The position numbers and the translations under genes were made by a program. A model generated the notes under the pieces. The model was not told where the DNA came from, made no database searches, and saw nothing but the letters and a program-made list of their open reading frames with translations. A DNA stretch of 64,000 nt from Macrostomum lignano (taxonomy: Eukaryota). The stretch is from NCBI GenBank assembly GCA_002269645.1, contig NIVC01001563.1, positions 172,412-236,411 on the forward strand. The letters are read 5' to 3'. This document shows, piece by piece, positions 12,454 through 22,602 of the stretch (within the stretch, counting starts at the first letter, position 1; each line of letters opens with the position of its first letter).

Positions 12454-14434
12454 ATGGCATTCAGACGGGATTTCAATGGTAAGGGTTGCTTTCATCTTAT
12501 GGATTCGCAAAAGCGGCACTAAAGCTTTGCTTGATTTTCTCTTCAGAACGGTCCGACAAGAGAGACAAAGGTGCATCCAACCAGACAACCAATCTGAATC
12601 GCCGGCTGCGCAACATCTGGGAACGAGAGGGCAAGGACTATGGTGAGGACATCGACGATGAAGATGAATTGGTCGACAGGTTTGAGGCCACCAAGAAGAT
12701 GAACGAGCAAAGCATCAGCCGCGTCATGGCGAACATCCACCGCTCCAAGACGGTGGACTTCTGCTTTCTCATTGACGCAACTGGCAGCATGCAACCGCAT
12801 ATTGACGGTGCTCGCGACAGCGTCAAGAAAGTAGTGAATTCGCTGGTGCAGGGCCAGCAGAGTCAGTCGGGAATTCTGAAGCTGCGCTTCGCCGTCGTTG
12901 CCTACAGGGATCTCACTGACAAAATCCCGTATGAGATGCTCGATTTCTGTGAACAGCCGGAGGTTTGCATCAGCTTCTGCCGCAATCTCGTCGCAAGTGG
13001 CGGCGGTGACGCCCCCGAAGACGTCTTTGGCGGGCTGGACATTGCGACGAGCCGACTGCAGTGGTCGGAAGATGCCGGCACTCGCATTATCTTTCATATG
13101 GCAGACGCGCCGTGCCACGGAAAGCGGTTCCACAACCTCTCGGATAGTTATCCCAATGGTGATCCGAAGGGCCGGACCGAAAATGCCTTATTTGCTGCAA
13201 TGAAGCGCTTGCACATAGATTACTACTTTGGTAAGATTAACAGCAGTACTGATCGCATGATCGAGCTCTTTTCCCTGGCTTATGGACGTCCAATTACTGA
13301 GTTCAGCGTAGACGCCATCGCGAACATTGCCGGATCGGTGATCAATTCCATCACGACGTCTATTGATTGCAACGTGGAGAAGACAAAGCTTGGCACACCG
13401 ACCGTGCAGGCTCGCAACTTTCGACTGGATCCCAATATTCCCAACTGGGACGAGCAGCTAGTGCAGAAAGGATCCTATCTGCAGTTCAAACTGCCCGAGT
13501 CAATGGAGGACGTGAAGAATGACGTCAGTCTGACCGAGAAGAAAATCGAAAATGTGCGCGTGAAAGTTGCCGACTGTCCGTTCGCCGAGGGAGCCGAGAG
13601 GATCGCGTACTACGGAGTAGATCTCTTCCAAGGATACAACACGGGAGAGTTCGCTGCCAGAGGTCGGGGCAGGGGCAGAAGGGGCGGCAATGGTGGCAGC
13701 CAGAGATTTCCGAGCGCGGGCTACGGCCAAGAGTCCAGCTCGCCCACCGAGGTGGTCTTCAAGGAGTACAAGCAGGTAGGGCACAAGCAAAACAGCCTGG
13801 AGCGCTACCGTGCCGCCAGCGAGGTGCAGACTATTGCCTTCTTTCTGGCGGACAAGTTCAACAAGAAGACTGCCATCGTGGGTGAGACGCTTCAGATTAA
13901 ATTCCTCAAGATTAGGACCATCATTCTACGGCCAAGCAAGAACGTTCTCCGCGTAATGTCCTGCGAGCGCCGGTTCATTGGAGGCGGAGATTTCGTCAAG
14001 TTCACCAACAACTGCGGTTACTCGTTGCAGCTGGCCGCAGAGAAGATTGCAAAATTTGGCATCGATCCGGTGATTCTGGAGTTGGTTGCCGCTTTCTCTC
14101 ACTGGACCTACCACTTTTCTAAGGGGTTTCTCATGGTGGTAGATCTGCAGGTGAGACAGTAAAACCATGAGAATCTGATAACAAATTTCAGTCAGTTAGT
14201 CAGTTTGTCAATTCTCATGTCAAAATCTTGCAGGGCAAAATCTGTACTGACGGCACTGGCGGTCGGGGAAAAATTCTGATGACGGACCCGGCGATCCACT
14301 GTCTGGACACGACGCGTTACGCGCCGCTCAACCTCGGCATGCCCGGCATGCAGGCCTTCTTCGCCGCGCACGAGTGCAACCGGCTCTGCGGTCGGCTGGG
14401 ACTGCCGCCTGCCCGGCCAGTGGCAACCGCTTAG
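12454..14434 (+). CDS. vWA domain + alpha-kinase (eEF2K/MHCK family; VwkA-like architecture), about 609 aa
   Basis: Exons 12454-12478 (MAFRRDFN), 12547-14150, 14234-14434; GT-AG introns of 68 and 83 bp with matching phases. vWA MIDAS DATGS...GGGDAPED...HMADAPCHG; alpha-kinase FAEGAERIAY, VFKEY, KFTNNCG, AFSHW, VVDLQG, TDPAIH, NLG and C-terminal HECNRLC zinc site. Confidence 0.9.
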
Positions 14435-15584
14435 CAACAGACTGGCAACTGAAGACTGAGTTGTTGAACATTGGCATCCCACCGCACCAAGTCTGCCATG
14501 CGGGCATGACAACCTACAAATTTTGGAAGCCTACTATACCTGTATTTCATAAAATTTTAGGTTCTTCTGGCACCCATACTGTGCCTACATATGATCGCCC
14601 CAAAAACAAATAGAAATTTACATGTATGATACAGCATGTATGATACACTAATTAAAGCAACCAGACTATAACGGGTAGCAACCCTGTTTTTTTACCTTTT
14701 TAACTTCAAATTAGGCTTCAACTCAGCGAGAAGACTATAGTAGCTTGTCTTCCCAGTTTTTTGTATGTATCTGCACTAAACAATATGTACACTACTCGTA
14801 CAATAAATATACAGTTGTAAACAGAGAAGTTTTACAAACAATCGCTTTAAAGAACAAAGTCGTTTAGCTTTATTATTTATGTTCACTAATAGAAAAGGTT
14901 GTACTGAAGCCATATACTGATATTGTATACTGTATGTACGAGCGTAGCTAATTGTGGTATTCGTGCATACTCGCCAGTCAAAAGACCTTCAGAACACAGC
15001 ATCAGCAGCAGCATCTCCTGCACCGGCTGCGAACAAATAAAAAGTGGGTCGCTTGGGTAAACAAGACGGACATAGGGGCGCACAAAAGCTTGGCACGAAT
15101 ATGACGCATACGCTCGTAATGTGCGCTTCGGCAACTCAAAACTTGACAGTTCCATCTGTTCTCCATAGCTTCTTCGTTTTCCGTTTAGTTTGATATCTTG
15201 GCCTGTACAAAAACAGACCGTAACTGTTATTTTAGCATAGTTTTGGTAGGACTCGGGGAACAGCTCGTCTGCTTTTCTGCTCAGGAACTAAACAGGATAC
15301 ACTTGTAACTTTCCGTCAGTAAGAAAAAACAAAAGGACTAAATACGGACCTGTGAATAATTCCTCTAATTAAAGAGTTCAAGAAGGAAGCTGATTCTATC
15401 CTATGCAAATGGCCGTTAATTTTCCAGCTAGTTAAAAACTGCTCCAGAATACACTAAGGCCGTCTACGACACCTGATCCCCCCTCCCCAATGAATTGGCT
15501 CTGAGTTTTGCCCGCCGAGGTTCCCCCTCACGCTTTAAGAAGTTACAGCGGGGTTTCCAGCTACAGAAGCGGCACCACAGAGGG

Positions 15585-16520
15585 GGCACCAGTTATAGAG
15601 GGGGCACCAGTTATAGAGGGGGCGCCAGTTATAGAGGGGGCACCAGTTATAGAGGGGGCACCAGTTATAGAGGGGGCGCCAGTTATAGAGGGGGCACCAG
15701 TTATAGAGGGGGCACCAGTTATAGAGGGGGCTCCAGTTATAGAGGGGGCACCAGTTATAGAGGGGGCGCCAGTTATAGAGGGGGCGCCAGTTATAGAGGG
15801 GCGCCAGTTATAGAGGGGGCACCAGTTATAGAGGGGGCACCAGTTATAGAGGGGGCACCAGTTATAGAGGGGGCGCTAGTTATAGAGGGGGCGCCAGTTA
15901 TAGAGGGGCGTCAGTTATAGAGGGACGCCAGCTACAGAGGGGCGCTAGCTACAGAGGGGGCGCCAGTTATAGAGGGGGCGCCAGCTACAGAGGGGCGCCA
16001 GCTACAGAGGGGCGCCGGCTACAGAGGAGCGCCAGCTACAGAGGGGCCCCAGCTACAGAGGAGCGCCAGCTACAGAGGGGGCGCCAGCTACAGAGGGGGC
16101 GCCAGCTACAGAGGGGGCGCCAGCTACAGAGGGGGCGCCAGCTACAGAGGGGCGCCAGCTACAGAGGAGCGCCAGCTACAGAGGGGGCGCCAGCTACAGA
16201 GGGGGCGCCAGCTACAGAGGAGCGCCAGCTACAGAGGGGGCGCCAGCTACAGAGGGGGCGCCAGCTACAGAGGGGGCGCCAGCTACAGAGGGGGCGCCAG
16301 CTACAGAGGGGGCGCCAGCTACAGAGGGGGCGCCAGTTATAGAGGGGGCGCCAGCTACGGAAGGGACGCCAGCTACAGAGGGGGCGCCAGCTACAGAGGG
16401 GGCGCCATCTACAGAGGGGGCGCCAGTTATAGAGGGGGCGCCAGCTACGGAAGGGACGCCAGCTACAGAGAAGGCGCCAGTACAGAGGGGGCGCCAGCTA
16501 CAAAAGGGGCGCCAGCTATA
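15585..16520. repeat. 18-bp GC-rich minisatellite (17-bp variants)
   Basis: Unit agagggggc(a/g)ccag(tt/ct)a(t/c); ttat variants mostly in the left part, ctac variants in the right. Confidence 0.96.
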
Positions 16521-16993
16521 AAGGCACAGACTACTTGCACAGAGGTCCCTGCCGCCAGAGGCTGACTGTGACGACCTGTTTGTCAGTGAGTCTCTGACTA
16601 AGCAATTCTCGTGGCACGCCGGTACGAAATCGCCTCGTTAAAGTCAAATCTCAATTCATATTTCCCCATCATCAACATGAGATAGCGGTGACAGCTGTGA
16701 ATAGAGCTCGAGCACTTGAGTTGATGTGTCTCGGAACTTGAGTGTTTCCAAGCACTCGAGAAAATGCTCCGAATTCAAATATGATATCCTAAAGCACCTG
16801 TACAAAGACTATTAAACATTACAACTGTCCTTGAAATAAAAAATTTAAATCAAAATCGACAGCTGCAGGTTGCATTGCGTTCAAGATTTTTTTGGTGTTT
16901 TATTTATGCTTCACTGGACAAGACGACAGCTAAGTTTTGGGGACTTTTGTAGTGGTTCTCAGTGTTTTTAAATCTCAGGAGTTCTGGCATTAC

Positions 16994-17998
16994 TCATACT
17001 CCAGACCGAGTGGACATGCTGATGGTGGTGGACCTTTGACCTTCGCTGATGCTCGACTCGCCGTGCAGCGGCCTGGCGCCGCAGAAGACAAAACGGCGAA
17101 ACTTGGGCAGCAGAGCAAAGAACACAACGGGGTTCACTGCCGAGTTCATGCTGCTCATGAAGGGAAACAGCGCCATGGCAAAGAACGTCGGCTCCATCGG
17201 TAGCGCTCCAGTGATGTACAGGACGCCGAGAAGGGTCTTTGGAGCGAGCAGAATCACAAACAGACCGGATGTGACTCCTATGATGACGGTGAGTCGCTTG
17301 GCAGCCGCACTGGCAGCCTTGTTCGCCTCCTGCTGTCCGCTCTGAGCAGACGAGCGCCGCATGGAAACCAGAATGGCAGAGTAGAGCGACAGCATTGCGA
17401 CAAACGGCAGAGCCCACACCAGCAGAGCGTACAGCAGCTCGAGCAGCAGATCAGCCAGTCGGGGAAGGCCGAACGGAGTGCACATGGAGATTAGCAGGCG
17501 AGTCCCGTTGACGCCCGGCACTTCCAGCTTTGCAGGCCGATGCTTCAGAGCAGTGTGCGGCAACTTGGCCAGGAACGGCGCTATCGTCACTGCGGTGAAG
17601 CTCGCGGCCAGAATGCGCTTTCCGTTGCGCTTGTACCAGAACGGCAGCGTCAGGCACAAGCAGCGCTCCACCGACAGCGCCACCAGGTTGTACACGCTCA
17701 TCACCAGCACAGTGTAGTAGGCGAGGTGGCCGAACACCACAGAGCAGTACAGGTCCCACTCGATTGAGCTGGCCGATGCGGAGGGGAAATCGAACAGCAC
17801 GTACTGGTGACTCAGCACGTCCACAATGAGCACGAGAGTGTCGAGCACGCACTGGACTCTGAGCATGACGGTGCTGAGCCGAGTGCCGACCTTGTGTCTG
17901 ATGGTGAAGGCCAGCAGCAGGAGGTTCAGGGCCGCGCCGACCGCCTCGCAGACCGTCTGCACCGTCTTGAAGCTGCTAAACTGCGGCACTGGGTCCAT
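16994..17998 (-). CDS. Intronless orphan class A GPCR, copy B (334 aa), paralogue of 10353-11312
   Basis: Same motifs (LSVERC, NPVVF); 17208-17971 aligns without gaps to 10513-11276 (offset 6695). Confidence 0.9.
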   Translation of the reverse strand: MDPVPQFSSFKTVQTVCEAVGAALNLLLLAFTIRHKVGTRLSTVMLRVQCVLDTLVLIVDVLSHQYVLFDFPSASASSIEWDLYCSVVFGHLAYYTVLVMSVYNLVALSVERCLCLTLPFWYKRNGKRILAASFTAVTIAPFLAKLPHTALKHRPAKLEVPGVNGTRLLISMCTPFGLPRLADLLLELLYALLVWALPFVAMLSLYSAILVSMRRSSAQSGQQEANKAASAAAKRLTVIIGVTSGLFVILLAPKTLLGVLYITGALPMEPTFFAMALFPFMSSMNSAVNPVVFFALLPKFRRFVFCGARPLHGESSISEGQRSTTISMSTRSGV

Positions 17999-19205
17999 GC
18001 CTGATAAAACTGAAAGATTCTTACAGCTGAAGGTTTACGTAAGTTTTGTTGTACTGTATCCGGTATCTGAGAGCGGAAATTTAATTCGTTTATTACCTTT
18101 GCTGGGGAGTTTTTGTCGTCACCTGGACGTAATATCTGCGTTGATAACTAGCAATCCCTCTTCCCTTGTTAGCGACTATCAGACATTTTAGAGCATCATG
18201 GCTCTAAAATTCTGAGTTATTTAGGTCAAATACAGTTTTTTGAGCCCAGCTTTTATATAAACAGGCATCGGCAGCGCCACCCCAACCAATCAGATCACCC
18301 AGAAACCATCAACTCTATCAACGCATGCGAGACGCGAGATGAGAAATCTTTTGTTAATATGCCCTTCTATATTGTAAAGAATGCCTCTGGTTTGCCAGCG
18401 CTATAGCTGATGACTGACAGATGAACTCCCTGATTTTGCTCTCAACAAGGGTCATGCTTACATAGCAACCAAATATTGATTTATCACCTCATAAATTGAA
18501 ATATGACAGCTGAGGTCAGTTGAAATATTTTTGATTCTCCATCATCAGGCTCGTAAATTTATATGATCTACGCAGAAACTGTAAAAATTTGCAAGATCAA
18601 ACATTTTAGCATAATTAAAAGTGCAAAAGTTTATAATTACTACAAAGGCTGAAAAAGTCATAATTGCGTTATTTAGCCAGAAAGCAGCGTTCTTGACTGG
18701 CGTTGTAGCTGATTAGTCGTTGAGACGGCTACTGTGTAGGCAATGGATTTTTGGCATAGGAGAGAATTACAATATTATCCAGATCTGGGTGGACACACCC
18801 AGTCTGGTCATGGAATCGTTGAAATTATTCATTTGCTTTCTTCTCAGACTACAGTCAATAGTCTAACTAGCCTGAGGGAGCTGCTTATTCAAGGCTGACT
18901 AAAAGACTAGGTGCCCCGGAGGTTGCTCCCTGTTTCTCATGTCCTGATTCTGAATAGATTGAGAGCAGAACTTTATTGTTTTTTTTCTGTCAAAAGATTC
19001 GCCCAAAAATGATTGTTTTTGTAATTTTCTGGGAATTGTCCGGGAATTGCTTTGTCCATTTTGCTGGAGACGGAGTCACAGACAATGGGCTAGCGATATT
19101 GAATGCTGAATAAATCTTTTGTGCCTAGCCAGGATTCTTTGTTCAGCAAACGCATCTTTTCTGGGTTGCCATTTCATTTGGGAACCAGCTCTAAGTGCGC
19201 TAGTA

Positions 19206-19875
19206 TCAGGGGCACCAACTCCAACTGTGCCAGCACCAGGGGCACCAACTCCAACGGTGTCAGCACCAGGGGCACCAACTCCAACGGTGTCAGCACCAGG
19301 GGCACCAACTCCAACTGTGTCAGCACCAGGGGCACCAACTCCAACTGTGTCAGCACCAGGGGCACCAACTCCAACTGTGTCAGCACCAGGGGCACCAACT
19401 CCAACGGTGTCAGCACCAGGGGCACCAACTCCAACTGTGTCAGCACCAGGGGCACCAACTCCAACTGTGTCAGCACCAGGGGCACCAACTCCAACTGTGT
19501 CAGCACCAGAGGCACCAACTCCAACTGTGTCAGCACCAGGGGCACCAACTCCAACGGTGTCAGCACCAGGGGCACCAACTCCAACTGTGTCAGCACCAGG
19601 GGCACTAACTCCAACGGTGTCAGCACCAGGGGCACCAACTCCAACTGTGTCAGCACCAGGGGCACCAACTCCAACTGTGTCAGCACCAGGGGCACCAACT
19701 CCAACTGTGTCAGCACCAGGGGCACCAACTCCAACTGTGTCAGCACCAGGGGCACCAACTCCAACTGTGTCAGCACCAGGGGCACCAACTCCAACTGTGT
19801 CAGCACCAGGGGCACCAACTCCAACTGTGTCAGCACCAGGGGCACCAACTCCAACTGTGTCAGCACCAGGGGGCA
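19206..19875. repeat. 30-bp minisatellite, about 22 copies
   Basis: Unit cagcaccaggggcaccaactccaactgtgt. Confidence 0.97.
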
Positions 19876-20472
19876 CCAGTTCCCAGGACGCCAGCACTAG
19901 GAGCGCTAACTCAAAGGCGGTAAAGCTGCTTCAAAGACCACTGTGGCCCTCATTTGACCCTCGAAGTTTGAACTACGGGCTCCAAGATCGCGCCGGGCAC
20001 CCAACTAAGCTAGCAGCGGCGTGTGTGCTTTTGAGCGCTGCAGTTTGGCAATCGCTTTGCAATCTTTATCCCGTGGCAACAGCCAAAACTGTTTCAAAGA
20101 ATCGAAATCCAGCCAACGTTGAATCGCATACACGGTCAATTAGTTATCAAAACTGATAGCTAGCGCTAAAAAGACTTTTTTCTTGACAAGCCGAGCTCCG
20201 ATAAGAGCACGGCAACGGTTATAGGGGCCGCAAGCGAACAAATTTCAGGTGGTGTGAGATCAGTCAGCAGTATTCTCGCTTTCTGGCGCTACACTCAGTC
20301 AAGACTTTTACTTTGAACAAATTAGTGCGCCATTTTCAAGGCTCGAAGTTTAGCTCAGCACCAGCCCGCAAAGGTTTGTATGATTCGCATTGCTTGGGCC
20401 TACTTTGGTAACTTGGTAGAACTCGTAGTTTACATGTGTAGTAAATGATAAACTAGATTTTAATGTTTAGAA

Positions 20473-20804
20473 CAGGGGATCGGCAAATTCCGTGGCCCGC
20501 GAAGCATCTCTACGAGCTATCCGGCCCTCGGGTCCTTTGAAACGTCACGATAGCTATCCGGTCCGCCCAAGGTCTCTTGTCAGCTTTTTTACCTTCTCTT
20601 TCCCCTTTTCTCTCATCTCTCCCCCTCTCTTCTCTCTCGCCTTTCATCTTTTCTCTCATCTGTCACATATCCTCTTTCCTCTTCTCTCTCTCTCTCTCTC
20701 TCAATTCCCTCTCGTCTCCTCTCTCATCTGGCCCGCAGCCATTGGCAAGGTTATTTACCATGGCCCAAACTTTACCAAACTTGAAAGAAGTTTGCCGACC
20801 CCTG
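20473..20804. mobile_element. Non-autonomous hAT (Charlie-type) MITE
   Basis: Imperfect TIRs CAGGGGATCGGCAAATT / AAGTTTGCCGACCCCTG; 8-bp TSD gtttagaa (20465-20472) versus gtatagaa (20805-20812); subterminal GGCCCG motifs; CT-rich interior. Confidence 0.85.
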
Positions 20805-20994
20805 GTATAGAATATTGATTCAAATATGGTGCATGGCATGCGACCTGAAGCCGATTTTATTCGGGTTTATGAGAAATGTTTTTGGTTCTCGGGAATTTCG
20901 AAATTGAGAAGCTGCTGACTGTGTCGCATGTTAAAAGCAGGCAAACGTGAGCTGTATTAAAAGCCCCTCTTTCCGCTTCTAGCAGCCCGCGGTC

Positions 20995-22602
20995 ATGTCG
21001 ACGGATGTCGCAGAAGCCGACACCAAGCCGGAGCTGTCGCTGCTACGCAAGTTCCTTTTCGGACTTGCCGCGCCTCCGCTGCAGATGTCGTCGAATGTTG
21101 TCGGCTTCTTCTTTAACATCTTCATGCTGGAGGTGGCCAAGGTGCCTCCCTACTTCGTGTCCGTCATTCTGTTCGTAGGCCGCGCCTGGGACGCCGTCAC
21201 GGACCCGATGGCCGGCCACTTGGTCTCCAAAACCAACACGCGTCTCGGCAAGACCAGGCCCTGGATGATGATCGCCAATCCAATTGGCTGCGCGATGTTC
21301 TTCATCCTGTGGATTGTCCTGTTCCCCGTCACTGAGGACTACAATGGCGCCAAGTTCGCGTACTATCTGGTTGTCTACCTGCTCTACTGCACCCTGATTA
21401 CCTGCTACCATGTGCCCTACACGTCGTCGACAATGCTAATTGCTCGACAGTCGTCTGACAAGGACGCGGCTACCGCTTTTCGAATGAGCTTTGAACTTCT
21501 AGGCACCATCGTCGGTGTCGGCTTGTTTGGTATCATCATCAGCACCAAGCGGATTGCGGCCTCCTGCGGCTCCAGTAGGGAGGGTCAAATCACGGTGGAA
21601 GAGGAACGGGCCGTTTACATGATCGGCGCAGCGGTCATCGTGGGGATCTTCTTTCTCTGCGGCCTGGCAGGCTCGTTCGGTATCAAAGAAAAGTATGCCG
21701 AGAAGCAAGTCTCTGACGACAGTTTCTTTACCAACGTCAAAGCGGTACTGACGTTTCGACCCTACGTTCTCTTGATGTTCGCCTTCTTGTTTATGTCGTT
21801 AGCTGTGCAGATGGTGCAGACTAACCTGGCACTGTACACTACTCATAGCCTTGGACTTGGCGATCACACCAGCTATGGAATCCTGTGCGTTCTTGGAATC
21901 GCAATTCTAGCTATTCCTCTTTGGAATCGCATGATTCAAATATTTGGAAAGAAGAACATCTTCGCTGTCGGAGTGGTTATGTTCATCCCATGCCTGCTAT
22001 GCGCCATGCTAGTTCCACGGGACGTTGTCTGGGCGTTCTACCTGGTGATGAGCGTCTCCGGGTTCGCAATCAGCATCTCTATGTTGCTGCCTTGGTCAAT
22101 GCTGCCGGACGTGATCGACGACTACTTTCTGAAGCACGGGACTCGAAGGGAGGCCACGTTCTACTCGCTGTACGTGTTCTTCAACAAGTTCGCAGTGGGC
22201 TTCAGCATGGCAGCTTCGCAGATCACCATGTCGCTAGTCGGCTACGATTCTAGCCCCGAAGCCTGCGAACAATCCTACGAAGTTGGTCTGGCGCTTCGGT
22301 ACCTTGTCGGCCCGGGCCCGATCGTATGCCTGCTGGCCTCTCTGTCTCTCATCTACACGTACCCGATAGACAAGCAATACAGGCAAGAACTGTCGGTTCG
22401 GCTCAGCCAATTCCTCCAGCGGCAGGACTCGCGACAGGACATTGTTGACGAGTCGAAGTCCACAGGTATCAGCGGTTCTACTGGTAATTCGTCGTTTGAG
22501 AATGAAGCTTACCAGCACGAGGAGCAGCTGCAGACCACTGGGCCTGTTGGTGGCGGCAGTGAGGCTGGCAGAAGTCGGGCTAACTTGGACTCAAACTTGT
22601 GA
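20995..22602 (+). CDS. MFSD2: MFS transporter, MFSD2A/B-like (Na+-dependent lysolipid symporter family), intronless CDS, 535 aa
   Basis: GRAWDAVTDP (Na+-site Asp pair), TRLGKTRPW, YHVPYTS, LLPWSMLPDVID, FYSLYVFFNKFAVG; about 12 hydrophobic segments. Confidence 0.93.
   Translation: MSTDVAEADTKPELSLLRKFLFGLAAPPLQMSSNVVGFFFNIFMLEVAKVPPYFVSVILFVGRAWDAVTDPMAGHLVSKTNTRLGKTRPWMMIANPIGCAMFFILWIVLFPVTEDYNGAKFAYYLVVYLLYCTLITCYHVPYTSSTMLIARQSSDKDAATAFRMSFELLGTIVGVGLFGIIISTKRIAASCGSSREGQITVEEERAVYMIGAAVIVGIFFLCGLAGSFGIKEKYAEKQVSDDSFFTNVKAVLTFRPYVLLMFAFLFMSLAVQMVQTNLALYTTHSLGLGDHTSYGILCVLGIAILAIPLWNRMIQIFGKKNIFAVGVVMFIPCLLCAMLVPRDVVWAFYLVMSVSGFAISISMLLPWSMLPDVIDDYFLKHGTRREATFYSLYVFFNKFAVGFSMAASQITMSLVGYDSSPEACEQSYEVGLALRYLVGPGPIVCLLASLSLIYTYPIDKQYRQELSVRLSQFLQRQDSRQDIVDESKSTGISGSTGNSSFENEAYQHEEQLQTTGPVGGGSEAGRSRANLDSNL

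Noticed and set aside
12380-12546. ORF-track N-terminus of the kinase (MLSSYGFAKAALK...)
   Set aside because: Begins at TTG inside the predicted 68-bp intron; the ATG exon at 12454-12478 gives a phase-matched start.
15495-15920. ORF of (SYRGG[T/A])n resembling RGG/SYG phase-separating proteins
   Set aside because: Translation of an 18-bp array; starts at TTG, frequent 17-bp units break the frame, no splice support.
19076-20156. Mucin-like (GAPTPTVSAP)n and other long repeat ORFs
   Set aside because: A 30-bp unit without stops is open in most frames on both strands; no ATG, signal peptide or splice context, and no synonymous-biased variation.
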